DNA from: Geosiphon pyriformis uo1 | Lineage: Eukaryota > Fungi > Glomeromycota | NCBI GenBank assembly: GCA_016748015.1 | Contig: JAAOMT010000525.1 | Coordinates: 255,636 to 319,635, forward strand | Direction of reading: 5' to 3' | Length of the DNA stretch: 64,000 nt | Part shown: positions 26,786 through 40,765 of the stretch, one piece after another | Numbering within the stretch: position 1 is the first letter of the stretch | Layout of the letters: each line of letters begins with the position of its first letter | Program-made: the position numbers and the translations under genes | Notes under the pieces: generated by a model | What the model was told of the DNA's origin: nothing | The model's database searches: none | Seen by the model: only the letters and a program-made list of their open reading frames with translations

Positions 26786-27442
26786 ATGAACAATTATTTT
26801 CTGGATCAAAACATTCAAAACATCTTCTATACTCTTCATGAGTATTGGATCAAAAACTATCTAAATGCTAGTCTGATCATTGGAAAACAAACCACCATAA
26901 CCAATAATAGTAGAACATATACTATTATTAAACCAAAGAAAACTACTATCAGAAGAGAAAAAATTGATAGTAAAATAGATAAATATCTGTTGAAAAGTAT
27001 AACAGCAGTTATACTTCCACCTTCCAACACAATTAAAAAAACACTTCAAGAAATCTTACCCATAGACAAAAACTTGTCATATGGAAGGCAATTAAAACTC
27101 TATGGTCGCCTTGGTGAAATCATAGAGGATATAAAACTCATGAAGAAAACAACTTCAGAGATACAGACAGAAATTTTGGGCATTATATGGTTAGATGTCT
27201 CAAGAGTTTTAACTATTGCTAGAAGAGCCAAAACTTTAATACAAAGATTTGGTTTCTTGAATACAAAACTCATTTTGCCTCAAGCATTATATACTTTATC
27301 CACAAAAGACTTCAACAAACTAGTTAGTCTTGAGTTAGATAAAACCCTTCCAATAGATTACACCATAAATAGCTTGATTTTGCCAGAGCTTAATCTCTTT
27401 AGAGAAGATAATGTTATGGTTGAAACTTATATTTCTTATTAA
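26786..27442 (+). CDS. Accessory ORF3 of Gypsy-1 (218 aa from the first ATG), unknown function
   Basis: Open sense-strand frame between the integrase stop and the 3' LTR (track ORF 26690-27442). No signal peptide or transmembrane segment; positionally equivalent ORFs occur in Gypsy-2 and Gypsy-3. Confidence 0.72.
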   Translation: MNNYFLDQNIQNIFYTLHEYWIKNYLNASLIIGKQTTITNNSRTYTIIKPKKTTIRREKIDSKIDKYLLKSITAVILPPSNTIKKTLQEILPIDKNLSYGRQLKLYGRLGEIIEDIKLMKKTTSEIQTEILGIIWLDVSRVLTIARRAKTLIQRFGFLNTKLILPQALYTLSTKDFNKLVSLELDKTLPIDYTINSLILPELNLFREDNVMVETYISY

Positions 27443-28181
27443 TTATCACATGTATTAGCCACTGATGTCATTAGCCACTCTATTTTTAGAAAGTAATCAT
27501 TAATCTAATCAATAACCTGACTATTAATCTGATCATTAATTTAATTATTGACTTGATCAATGATCTGATCATTAATCTAATTATTGACCTGATCATTGAT
27601 CTAGTCGTTGACCTGATCATTAACTACTTTTGACAGCTATATAAGCGATGAACCTTTTAGCTATAGAAAAGTATGAAAAAATAAAAAAATGAAAAAATGA
27701 AAAAATCAAAAGAAATAAATAAATAAAATAACAACTTTCATTTCAATCATTCTCTTATTGCTAAATTTTCTTTTCCTACTTTCAAGTATCTGAACATCTT
27801 AAAGATAAAAAATTACTTGTTGGTTATTTTTTACCCTTTTCCTGAAACATGTAATTGCAGTATTTTGAAGATTATTGAATAAAATGTAACTAAAGAGCAC
27901 ATCTGATACTTGATATTAAATTCTAAGAGTGCTGACATAAGACATAGAATTATACCAAGTGTGATTATTTGTTGACAGTACAGACTATCTTTCTACCTTC
28001 AGATTCCCCAGTTACCTTTAAAAAGAATAGTGACTGAGATATTTTATGAAACTGATCTCACATATTGAATCCATACTTATTTAATTCACTCTTTGAAGTT
28101 GAATTCATTTTGATTCCTTTCATTACCTTACAATTCTGTTCTCCTTTGCTATCCATTAGCTTGTTATTCCAACCCATAACA
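27412..28181 (+). repeat. Gypsy-1 3' LTR (770 bp)
   Basis: TGTTATGGTTGAAAC...CCCATAACA; carries more 12-bp tandem units than the 5' LTR. Confidence 0.96.
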
Positions 28182-29508
28182 ATATCATAAAATATCTTAG
28201 TTTTCTTAGTTATTTCTTAATTATTTTACAATTAATCTTAATATTTCTAATATTTCCAAAAATTTTTTTAATATTTCTAGAATTTTTATTATTATATTAT
28301 TTTATAATTTTAATATTTTATTAAATATTTAATATTATTATTACTTTTGCTATTTTTTATTAAAATAATATTAAAATCTTTAAAATTGTTATTGTTATTA
28401 TTATGTTTGAATTATTGTTGATGTTGAATTATTTTTAAAAACTTTATTTAATATTAATACATAACAATAATTGGTTTTTTGTTATATTAAATAATAAATT
28501 TACAAAAATTATAATCTAACAAAATCTTGGGTTTTTTTAACTACTTGTTTTTTATAATTATAATGTATTTTTGCTTTAAATTTTTTTTATCTTTTTAATA
28601 CATATTTTATTGATTTATGCAATATAGTTTTGGCAATTTTTAATTCTTTTTTCTTATTATTGTGTACATTGGTTATTAATTATATTAAAAGTTTTTTTAA
28701 CTATTTCTAAAAATAATAAATTATTATATTAACTAAGAAGTAATTATTTAAAATAATGATCATAAATATTTAATTACTTAACAAAATAGAGAGATAATAT
28801 TGTCATTATTAATAAAAACTGCTTGACAAAAATATTTATTGGTTTTTATATTTTTTTAAAAATCAATAATTTTTGTAAATTTTTTAAAACCATAAATGTA
28901 TTATAAGTTAGCCAAATATTAAGTAAGCAAAAGTTTCATAAAATTTTTGACTATTAAAAAAAATCTGACTTCTGAACTATTTTTAAGAATTTTAACTTAA
29001 ATAAATTTTTAGATATTTTTGTTTTTAATGCTTTATTTTTGTTATTAAATATTAAAATAAGTGTATTAAAATTAAAATCAAAGCTAAATTTTTATTTTTT
29101 AAACTTGTATAGCAAAATAATTTGAGATTTATACCTTGTATTTTAGTATTGTTGTTAAATAAATTAAAATTAAACAAAAGTTTTTTGGACTTGTACTTTT
29201 ATTCTTGAAAAGTGTATTTATTAATATAAAAATTAATATTTAGTTGCTTTAACTAGAAATTATTTCCAAAAAAAGTTTATTTAAATCTGGTTGGGTCTTT
29301 AATTATTATTATTTTCGAGATTTAAAAAACTTCCTTAAGACTTTTTAAGCAACAATAAAAGCATTGTAAAATTATTGTATTTTTTTTTTTATTAATAAGT
29401 ATGACTCAACCACTATTTAACATACAGAAACATAATTAAAAAATCCAACTAAATGTGGCTTATGTGCCTGTTATATGTGACTAACCACTCTGACCAGTCT
29501 AAACTATA

Positions 29509-32500
29509 CTATGTACTTATAAAAACTTTTACATCATTATTAATATCTGAAAAAAAATTACACAACTTATGCAAACCAAAACTAATAGCAAAAGACTTAA
29601 AATACCAAGCAGCTAAACAGTTCTTCCAGACAAAAAACCTGAATTCTCATTCAAAGGCACATTAATCAAGCCAATATCTTTAGTTAGATCAGTCTTTTTT
29701 AATCCTACCCTGAATTTAGCCCTGAACAATTACAATTCACTCCAATGTTTTTTAGCCAAATCATGAATAAAATTAACCATCACTTATAGTGCCTTTTTCT
29801 AATTATTGAAAATATTAATTGTTTTGTCCACCCATTTTTTAAAAACAAAACTCTTATACAAAACTATATAAACATTAATGTTCAAGATTCCAAAAAAAAG
29901 TGAATATAGCATCTTAGAAAACAATATATAGCTATTATTTGTCAGAGATTTCCAGAGTTAAACATGATCCAATAAAATATTAGTCTGTGTATTAGAGTTT
30001 TTTGGACAAGTAAAAACGTGATTAGGTAGTTCAATATTACCACAAGACAAATATAACACACTCAGATATATTTTGTTATAAAGTTTCTTTGTTATCATAG
30101 TTAATAGTCTTCTGTAAACAGTCTTTATTATATAAGTATAAAGAATGGCAAAAGCTCTGCTTATAAACTCAGTCAGCATGTGTAAATTTGGATGTCAAAC
30201 TGCAGCAGTACTAATCCAATCAAAGATTTATTTACTATCTTGGCACTAGGACCAGCTTTCTATTGAACACAATATATAAACTAATAAACATTTCGAACAA
30301 AATGACAAATATTCTTAGAAACAATTTGGCCATTAGCCATTATAAATCTTTTATGAATTTTTACAAAAAACAACAAACCAGAATATATAGCTTTGCTCAT
30401 TAGAATATCAGTTTTATCATTGCCCAAAATCCCTGAATGCCCCTTGATCTTTATTAATTTAACAGAAATGTTTTTAATTCTAATCAAATTAGCAATATAA
30501 TGTTTCTTTACTCAACACTTATTACAAAAATTTGGACAATTCAGCATGAGTTCTAAAACACATGTATTCAATATAACTTGACTATCTAAATGCACAATTA
30601 CAAAGCAATTAAAAAGAACACACTCTAAAGTTAAAGCTATTACCTGCAATTTAGTTAATATAGAAAATAACAGCCTATGTACTTCAATACTTATGCCTAT
30701 CCCAATATCTGAAAAGTAAGTCACTGTTCTACTAGAAATTTTCAACATACTTAAATGTTTCAAAGAGCTATCTGTATACACACTGAAGCTATCTGTCTAT
30801 AGTTTATGTAAACTATTATAAATATTTAGAAAGGCATTTGAATATAATAGATCTGAATAATCCAAATTAAAGACTGACACAACAAAAACAATTGAAAGTT
30901 TGTCTATATAAAATAAAGCTTTTTTAAATCACAAAAAAGCTAGGCCCCTAGAATCTAATATCTTTTAGTGATAAAAAGTTTTTCACTTTATTAAAACTTC
31001 ATATCTATTTAGTAATCTATTACCAAAAGTAATACTAAAATGCTTCAAAAAGCAAACCACACTGAAATAAAAATAATTTCCTAAAATTTCAGACATAGAA
31101 AAGTGGCCAGAACCATAGAATATACTAAAAAAATTATTAATTAAAAAGATTCTGTTGTCCAAAAGCACTCTTACTGTATTTATGAAAAAATTATTTGAAG
31201 AATTGACTATCAATCTGACAAGATGCTGTAGAGAGTTCACAAAAGTCTATTCTAAAATCTGCAAATCCAAAAAACAATGCTTAAACAACTGTTTTAAAAT
31301 TCCAGGTAAGTTAGCAAATACCATTAATATAGCAATCTTACTTTCAGCTTAAGCTGTACAAATGTTTTTAAACTGTAAATAGATAGATAATACAGAATTT
31401 TGTTGAGGAAATTTTTGAGCAAACTGACTTTTAATCTTAGCTTTTTTCTCATAATAACATCTTATTTTTGACATATCACTTTAAAAACAAAGCTGAATTG
31501 TGTATAATAGCTAACAATAGGCTACAAAACAGCCAAGATCAGATATGAAAATTGTTTATCAGATACAGTCTTCCTAAGAACCAAATTTGAGAAAAACTTA
31601 ACATCAAACTGTGCTTTGACAAAACTAGATTTGGACATGTTTTCCATAAAAAGATAGATCTCCAAGTATAATGATGTTTACTGTACTTGGCTATTAAAAT
31701 AGGCTGTTCACAAATATGCAAGGAAGCATTACTGATTCTCTGATTAATAAGAATGGCTACCATTTTATTATTGTTAATAAAAATATTATTTATCCTAAAA
31801 AACTTATTAACAATATCCAAAATATGCTGTATTAAAGTCTAACCATTTTTTATCCAAATTGTGTTGTCAACAAAAGCACCTGTTATGAAAAAAAAAGATC
31901 TGCCTTCACTAGATTTTAATCTGCCTGTCCTTGCCATAAAGTTCATATTAACTTTATAACTACATAAATATTCTTTTCTTTTGACCTTACACAACAAAAA
32001 ATTATAAAAAATTCTCCAAAAGAGCAGTGAAAACATCTTGCTCTAATCAAGCCTATCCAATACTCTGTAACCATTAGAGAAACCAAAATCAGTTATTACT
32101 TTGTTGACTCTGTCTTTATATATGTATTCAAAAAACTTTATGAATCTGTTACACATTTTAGTATACTTTAAACTAGTCTCTAGATAATATTATCTTATTA
32201 AATTGTATGCTTTTCACATATTTTAAAGGACAAACCAGATTTTATGGCCTTTTTTCAAAGTATCTTTTATTATTGAGCCAACAGCAAACACAGAAAACTG
32301 AGTTGAAGTACCCTTTAGAACAAAAAAATTGTTACTATTGAGGACATTATATTTTGAACAAAAAGAGAAAATATAATCCAATAAAATTTTTGAAAGAATT
32401 TTCTTGGCTGTTTTAATTAGAACAATAGATCTAGTATTTGTTAAGACATTTTTCCACTTATATGACTTGGGAATTATCAAAATTTATGACTTTTTTTAAA

Positions 32501-34165
32501 GATTAGAAACATTTTCATAAGATAAACAAGAATTCAGTAGACACAACAAGCATTATAACATTATATTATCACAATGTTTTCACAGTTCATTAAAAATTCC
32601 AGACAAATCAGTTGCTTTGCCTTCAGACAAGTTACTAACAACTTGAATCAATTTACTTATACTAATTACATCTATTACACCAGAAAAAACACTCTTACTA
32701 ACATAGCTCAAGAGCACATATTGGCAAGACCACACAGTAAAAAGTACTAGTTGTATTTTATACTTTCTTATCTAATTCACCATAATCTTATCCACCTTAT
32801 TCTTTACTTTATTAGGTTCTAAAACCAACTCATTTCCAAATAATCCAGAACAACTTTTCAAAAAAAACATTTTAGAATACTCTTTATTATGCCATCTTTG
32901 TTTAAACTAAAATTGTTCATATGCTTTTCAATTGTTTTTTTTATGATTGCATCTTCTGTCACTTTAGATTCACAATATTTGGATTTTTTGTACTTTTTCT
33001 TAAGCAGAGACAGCTGTCTCAAAACTTCACTCATTTCTATATTATTACAAAACATATCTGCAATTTTTAAAGTTTCTTTATTATTTAAACTCAATTATTT
33101 TTTGATGAAACAATTAAATACTAACAGATTGTCCACTACTACACTTTTTACTATCTTAGAAACTAGTATTTTCATGTTAAAAAACTTTGAAAACTTCTTA
33201 TTTTTTAAGTATTCAAAATCATTAAACCATTGTTTAGAAAGATTTCTATTAGCTGAGTTGATTATCACTCTCTTTAAAATCTTTCACATAGTATCCAAAT
33301 TCCCTAAACTTTTTGCAAAACTACTCAAGACTTCAAGCATATTAGTAAAGACATCATTTTGAAAACAAGACTAATTAGCATCATCCAAATCTTTAACTCT
33401 AAATTTTCAGTGGTTCTTATTAGTTTGTTTACAAATTGTAAGCAAATGTTTATCCAATAAACCACCAAGACCAAGATTAATTATAATAGTATTATAATTA
33501 GTATCAAAAAATTTAGCCATACTTTTAACATTCTGAGTCATCACAAAAGAGAAAAAATGTTCACTAACAAAAATATAGTCAATGGTATTTTTCACATCCC
33601 AAAAATTTGAACCATGTTAATAGCTTAAAGACTGCACCACTAAAGAGAAAGTTACATAAACCCAAATCAAAACACTTCTTGAAACTAGCACTGTATCTTA
33701 TTTTATCTTCATTGAAATTACTATCCAATACAACATAAGAGCTTGAATTAATTACTTGGGCAACAAAAGAGTTTACCATGTTGGTCTGACCAAACTGCAG
33801 ATTAGCCAAAACACCAGCATACAAACCAATCAATGTTATCAAAATTTTATTGCCAAATAGTAAATAAACTAAAATAAGATTACTTGGAATTTTAGAGATC
33901 TTATAGATATGCCAAGCCAAAAAATTATTTAACACAATAGCCACCCCAGCATCCATGTATTCAGCATTTAATCCAGAAACAAAAACTTTTACACTTTGAA
34001 ACCTATTCTTAATCCAAGATTGAGTCTGACATTTTAGCTTAGTTTTAATAAAAAAAATCCCCAATTGTCAGACTTAATATGTTATCTTATTATATCTTTC
34101 TGTTTAACTAAATTGTTTATTTCTTGAACATTACACATAGCAATCTTCCAGATAAAGTCATTTAT
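29509..34165 (-). pseudogene. LINE ORF2: AP endonuclease, reverse transcriptase, RNase H, C-terminal zinc finger; heavily disrupted
   Basis: IWKIAMCNVQ, GVAIVL and IDYIF (APE); TNTRSIVLI, KGTSTQ and AFVDNTIW (RT); YTDSSL, VHLDSQ and KIKGHSGILGNDKTD (RNase H); YLSCGNIELPNHVFTC. Confidence 0.93.
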
Positions 34166-35113
34166 TGAGAGGAAGTTGATGCTAACAAGACTGAATTGAC
34201 ACATAACATATTTAACTTTACCAAAACTGAACTCACAGATGCCTCAAGAGCTGACAATTTTGACTTTAGACTGTTCACCTTAAAGATTAGAATTTTTGAA
34301 TTACTTAAATCCAATGCCAAAGTGGCTTTATTTAAAACTAAAGAGGAGATACAAAGGGAATTTGTAGGACATCCAAAACCATATTCAAATTTAAATCTAA
34401 ACTCAAAAACACAATTATGACAAGAGAAAAAAGTTGAAAAATAAAAACTTAAAGTGTTAGGTCAATTATACTTAATTTTTTTTACAATATTTGCTACTTA
34501 ATCAGCCAAAAGCTCCAAAGAATATTCCAGACAATTATTAATTAAAAAACCATTTTGAGAGACCAGATTGTTTACTTTATTATATAAAGCACTAAAGAAA
34601 GAGGCACCAAAGCAAGAACCAGAATTGAATTAAGAGCTTCCAAAAAAAGCAGAAGTGATTGAGACTATTTGTGCTCAAGATTTGTTACTAAAAGCAACAG
34701 AATAAGAGATTGGCACACTTTTTTTTGTGTATAACTTGACAAACTGAAAATGGTTTACTTCTGAAACAAATTTTTTATAAGGTTTTGTAGAAGACATAAC
34801 TAATGTATCTAATGTATCACACTCTAAGGCAAAATAACCAAAGTGTTCACACTTTCCACAACAAACCAAATCAAATTTAATCCAAAAAAGTTTAATCCCA
34901 CCAAGGATCAGTTTTATGTAAAAAACAGAATCAAGTTTTTTCTCAGACTCAAAGCCAATTACAGCACAGCAGATCTTATTACCAGATTCAAGTAAACAAT
35001 TGATGATACAAGTTTTCTTATCAGCTCCTTCCAACAAAGTGCCCAAATCATGAGCCATTGTTCTCACAAACAAAATAAACAAAAATGTTCTGAACTGATC
35101 CCTTAATGCCCAG

Positions 35114-35982
35114 TATTACAGATAATTATTTGGGGTTTTAAATCAAATAACAAACTCATAACTTGGTGCTTGATAACTGATCTTGTTAATAATTATCTGA
35201 AGGTTTTAGTAATCTGAATGTTTTGATTAAGTTTTATGTATAATAGACAAAGATTCAATGGTTGTTTTTAGTAGTCTTTTAGAATCACAATTTCATTAAT
35301 TTTTTTCTTGGCTTGGTGACTGGCAATCTTTTGGTAAGTAATTCATAATCTTCAAGTGTTTACCCTTTTACAAAGGTCTTTTACTAGGCAATTCTTGATG
35401 TCAATAACTTAGCAATTAATCTTTAATCAATTAGTCAACAACAAAAAATAACAAAAAGAAAAAGAAAAAAAAACAAAAATAAAGAAATAAGCCAAGATAA
35501 TAAATGTTAGTATTCTGTTAATAGCTGTAATCAAAAACTATTGTTCTAGTGTGATTAAGTATCAATTATTATCAACATGGAGTGTTGATAGTGAAAATAA
35601 GGATTTAAGATAGCAAATAGTTATTTATTAATATTTGTGAATTTGAAGAATTGCTTAGATAAAATCTGAGCTGATAGATCTTGGTAAATAATTTTATTTA
35701 AGGAATTTTGTCTTTTTCTGCTTCTAATGCTCTTGCTATATATACATAATTTAGGTTCTACAAGATTATTTACATTTCTGAGCAATGTGCTATAATTTTT
35801 TAAGCAATGCTTATATTGCTGAGCAATATGTCTTAATTTTTTGATATTGCTCTACATTGCTAAGCAATATGCTGTAATTTTTAATATTGCTCTACATTGT
35901 TGAGCAATATGCTCATATGCTAACTACTATTCTCCTATTAATCTATCTGTTTTCTCTTTATACATTTTTTTTATAAGTAATA
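35114..35982 (-). repeat. Gypsy-2 3' LTR (869 bp)
   Basis: Direct repeat of 45117-45919; termini eroded from TG/CA to TA/TA; tandem TGAGCAATATGCT-containing units. Confidence 0.93.
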
Positions 35983-35995
35983 TTATCTTTTTTTT

Positions 35996-36700
35996 TTAAT
36001 ATTGAGCTCTATTGAAATCTTCACTTTGAATTAAATTTAATACTTCTTTTTCTAATACTGTTTATTCAACTTTGTTTTTTATATCTTTAATTTGTATATT
36101 GTTTATTCTTCTCCATTGGTTAATGGTAATTGTCTTTATGTTAGAGTGTAACAATATTTTTGGGTAAGTTTGAAATATTGTGTGTAGTCAATAGATTGTT
36201 TTAATGTATAGTATTAGATTTGTTTTTTTCCCAATAATATTTTCAATATTTCATATTATTTTTTGATTGAATATTCTTTTAGTTTTATTAAGATATAATT
36301 TCTAAATGTTCAATTTTTGTTCTAATTGATAGTAGTAATATGGTATTAGAAGTTGTTTTGTTTATTATTTTTCAATTTTCTTTTGAAAGTTCTTCTATTG
36401 GAATTATGCTGAGTTTTTTCCCAAAAGTGTTTTTTACTTTCTTTACAATTTTATCTGACCAGTTTATTGATTGTTTTTGTGGTTACTGATATAGTGTACT
36501 TTTTTCTTTTTGTTTAATGTTTTGATAACAAATTGTTTGGTAGTTGATAACAATTTCTATGTTTAATTGTTGTTGACTTAAGGTCTGAAACAATTGTTAA
36601 GCTAAGGTGTGAATATGATCTGGTATTTCTATTTTTTTTATTGCTTTTGTCATGTATTTCATGTCTTTATATACTCTTTTGGTTGTTTAATTTGATGTAT
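35996..36700 (-). pseudogene. Accessory ORF3 of Gypsy-2, disrupted
   Basis: MTKAIKKIEIPDHIHTLA*QLFQTL..IEIVINYQTICYQ...EDFNRAQY* is clearly homologous to 63296-63946. Confidence 0.85.
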
Positions 36701-38674
36701 TTGGTTTAATAATTATTACTGGTTCCAGATTTTGTGAAATCTTGTCTGGTTGAACTAGTATTCATTGTATTTTCAGTTGTAAAATATTATTAGTAGATGA
36801 CAATACTATATGATGATATGGTTTTAGTCAATCACTATGTGCTGCTTTGGCTAAGATTTTGTTGTTCTATCTTAATTTATAAGCTTTATTTCCTAGAATA
36901 TCTTTTATGTAAAATGATCTATCTTATTTGGAGTCAAATTTTTCATTCCATTGTTTTTCCACTTTGGTATAATGTAAAAATACTTTGTCTCTAATCTTGA
37001 ATTTAACTAGTTTATCTAATAGTTGGTTATCATCTTTTTCTTTTTGTTTTTTTTGTGACTTTTGAATATTATTAGCTACTCTTTATTATTTATTTTCTAG
37101 TGTTTTTATTTAGTCATATGTTCTTTTCAACAATGTTTCTTGGAAATTGTTTTCTGTTATTAGTTCAATTGGATATGTGCTGACTTTTATTTTCACTGAT
37201 AATGTTGCTGTTCTACTATATACTAATTTAAATAGTGTTACTTGTATAGTGTTTTGCTTTATTGTCTGATAAGCAAATAATACTAATAATATAAACAAAT
37301 TTCATTCATCTTGATTTTTTTGGCTGATTTTGGCAATTGTTTTACACAATGTTTTATTAAATCTTTCGACTAAGCTATTGGTTTGTGGATAATATGATAA
37401 TAATAATAGTCTTTTTATTCCAAATCTTTGATTTAATTCTGCTAATATTCTATTTACAAAGTGAATTCCTTGGTTGAATAGTAATTTTTTCAGGCATCTG
37501 TGTTGACAAATTAAATCTTGATGAACAAATTTGGCAATGAATTCTGCATCTACTTTTTAAATGGCTTTTGCTTCTGGCCACTTAGTAAGATAATTCATGG
37601 CTACTGCAATATATCTGTTTTCTCTGCTGGTTATTGTTAATGGTCTGACTAAGTTAATTCCAATTTGATTAAATAGTTGTTCTACTTTGATTGGTTTTAA
37701 TGGTTTACTGGGTCTTGTTTCTTCTCTTCTTTAACAAGCATTACAATTTTGAACATATTAGATGATGTTTGAATATATTGATGGCCAATAATATTTTTTT
37801 CTAGTTTTTTCTATGGTTGTTTTTTTATAAAAGTGTCCTGCTGTTAGATTAGAATACATGTTGAATAGTATTGTTTCTTTTTCTGGTTCAGTAATTACTC
37901 TAGTTGATTGATCTGGATTCTTTCTGTTTTTTCAATAAAGTATATCTTAGTAAAAAATAAAATATTTGGATTGTTGTTTAATATAATTTCATTCTTTTGG
38001 AGATAATTTCTTCTTGAACTGTTAAGTATTTATAAAATGTTGCAGTTGTTAATATTTTTGTATATTTATTTTTTGTTATATTTTTGGATTGAAATGTTCT
38101 TAGATTTGTTTTATCTGTAACAAACTGTTAGCATTTTCATTTTTTTTCCCCTTTTTGTTATGTACTGTATAATTAAATAATAAAAGTTCTATTTTCTATC
38201 TAGCATAGCAATTATCTCCAAATTTTTGCTTCTAAATTAAAGTCAATCCTTTATGGTCAGTATATATGTCGAATTTCTGGCTTAAGTATTCTTTTTATTT
38301 CATAACTGCCCAATAAATTGCTAAATGTTTTAGTGCTAGAGTTTTATAGTTTTTTTTAGCTGGACTTAAGCTGCAACTAACATATGCTACTGGGTGTTCT
38401 CTTTTATCTGGTCTTTTTTGAGATAGTACAGCTTCTAATGCTTAACCTAACACATTGGTTGTGATTATGAATGGCTTGTTATAATTTGAATAGATCAGTA
38501 CTAGAGCTTGAATAAGCTTTCTTTTTAATGTATCAAAAGCTTCTTGCTGGTTTTCTGTCCATTTATATTTGGTGTTTTTTGTTTGGAGTTAGTGTAATAG
38601 CTGAGCCAGTTTAGAAAAGTCTTTGATAAAGCAGCAGTAATAATCTGTAAATTCCAAAAATGTTTATAGTTTGG

Positions 38675-39504
38675 TATTATGAGAGTGTTTTCTTGGTATA
38701 TTTTAATTATTGATATCTCATTTTAATTGCAATCAGTCTCTTGTGAGTTTTTCGACTTTATGTGTTGAATATTAATGATAATATATTGAAGGTTTTCTCT
38801 TGATGTTGTGATGTAAGTTTTATTTTTAATTTTAATTGTCTTTGTATGTTGTGTACTTCTTTTCAGAGGCTAATCTGAAATCTACCTGCTGTCTGGGGCT
38901 ATCTTTGCAATTGTCTAATGTGTTTTTCTAATTTAGAAACACAGAATGTTAATGGTTTTTTTGCAATTTCCCTAAGTATATAATAAAGTTTTTTTAATTT
39001 AATTAGTAACTACATGAATAATTTTGATCAGAAATTATTCTTTCAAAGGATTCAAAAATGGAATAATAGTCTTATTTGCTAAAAAGAATATATAAATTCT
39101 ATTGTTAATTTCGTAATTTTAATGTTCATTCAATTTATTATTTTTTTTATTAATTTTTTTTGAATAAGATTTTATTTAAATATTTGTTGTTTTGAGTTGA
39201 AGCTGCTTTATTCTTCATTATTAAAAACTATTGCATATATATATAATTATTGTTTTACAAAATAACGTCTTGTAATATTCTATTTTCATTATTTCTAAAT
39301 AAGGTTTGCTACTATTGTGAAATAGTGCTTATTGCTTTTGCACAATAGTACTTGTTGCTATTGTAAAATAGTGCTTGCTGCTATTGCATAATAGTGCTTG
39401 CTGTTATTTGTAAATCATTTCTTTTTATATATTATTACTGTGCTATTTTATAATTAACTAATTTATATTATTTATAATTTCTATTAAATTCTTGAACTAT
39501 AATA
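38675..39504 (-). mobile_element. Solo LTR (830 bp) of another family inserted at the RT/RNase H junction of Gypsy-2
   Basis: Perfect 4-bp TSD TTGG (38671-38674, 39505-39508). Inverted termini TATTAT..ATAATA (eroded TGTTAT..ATAACA). Internal tandem units of about 23 bp at 39305-39405. Removing it restores pol ..TNLTKL*TFLEFTDYY..FIKDFS. Strand is inferred from the tandem-repeat position. Confidence 0.85.
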
Positions 39505-40765
39505 TTGGTTAAATTGGTGAGTACTGAAAAGTTTTTAACTATCTTAATTTTGTCTGGATCTGTCTTGATTCCGTCTTTGCTTACAACATGTCCCAAAAAT
39601 TTTAATTTTGTTTTTTCAAAAAAATATTTGTTGGCATTTAGCTTTAGTTTTGCTTTTCTTAATCTTTCAAATACTTGCTGTAAATAATGAAAATAGTTAT
39701 CAAATATCTTTGAAAACACATTGGTATTATCCAAATATATGACTACTGATTTCTATAACAATCACATATAGACAATTTTTATGAGTTGTTAGAATATTGC
39801 TAGAACATTTATTAAGCCAAATAATATTACTTTTAACTCAAAATTTTCTTCTCAAGTTGTAAAAGCTGTTTTCTTCTTATCTTCTGATTTCATGATTACT
39901 TGCCAATAACTGCTATTCAAATTTAATATTAAGAACCATTTCTTTTCTCCAAAAGCATTGAAAAGTTCTTGGATCTTTGAAGTTGGCTAGCTATCTCTTT
40001 TGGTTACTTCAATAAGTTTTTAGTAATTCACACAAAACCAAATTTTCTCATTTTTTTTCGAACTAATACAACTGGTAAAGATTATAGACTTATTGATAGT
40101 TAAATTAACTTATTGTTCAGCATTCTATTAATTTTTTGGTAAATAATTTTATGGCTGGTTGGTGGTACTTGGTATACTTTTTGTTTTATTGGCATGGTAT
40201 TTTCAGTTTTAATTTGGTGTTGGATTATGTCATTTCTGCTAAATTTATTTTTACTCACAAAAATGTTGGTGAAATTATTGAGTAGTATTTTGAGTTGTAT
40301 CTGTTGTAATGGGTCTAGATTTTCTAAGTTTATCTGTTTTAATTGTTTTAGTTAAAGCAAATAACATTTGTTCCATTTATAGATTGTTTGTAATATAATA
40401 TCCACATATTTGCAAAGCTGTGTAAAATTTAGAATGGTGTTTGGTAGTTGTTCTTCAACTTCAATACTTAAATATCTGATGGTAGTTTCTTTTAGTATCT
40501 CAATAATATCTTCTGTTGTATTGTAAATAAGAATTTTGATATGTTTCGGGCTTTTGGCTGGTATGTAAAAATTGGTAAGTCTAATCTTTTCTAATTCACA
40601 AATGATAGTTTTTACTTCAAAAATTTAAGCTTGATCCTTTACTCTTTTTTCTATGGCTAATATGTACTAGTTATATGATAGAATAAAAATTGGTTGATAA
40701 ATAAAGATAATTTTTTCTTTGTCAACAATTTTTTTCTTTGTCATATTGACTGGTATATTTATTTT

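Larger units (their letters stand above)
20334..28181 (+). mobile_element. Complete but mutated Ty3/Gypsy LTR retrotransposon (Gypsy-1)
   Basis: TG..CA LTRs at 20334-21035 and 27412-28181. 4-bp TSD ATAT (20330-20333, 28182-28185). PBS 21042-21058, purine tract about 27401-27411, domain order gag-PR-RT-RH-IN. Confidence 0.97.

Noticed and set aside
26690-27442. Intactness of Gypsy-1 ORF3 as evidence of host domestication
   Set aside because: Pol has equally long stop-free stretches (242 and 215 codons), so intactness is not exceptional.
26786-27442. Calling ORF3 an env gene
   Set aside because: No signal peptide, furin site or transmembrane helix is visible.
32889-33362. 157-aa hydrophobic plus-strand ORF (also 46065-46427 and similar)
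   Set aside because: Antisense to Lys/Asn-rich LINE coding sequence.
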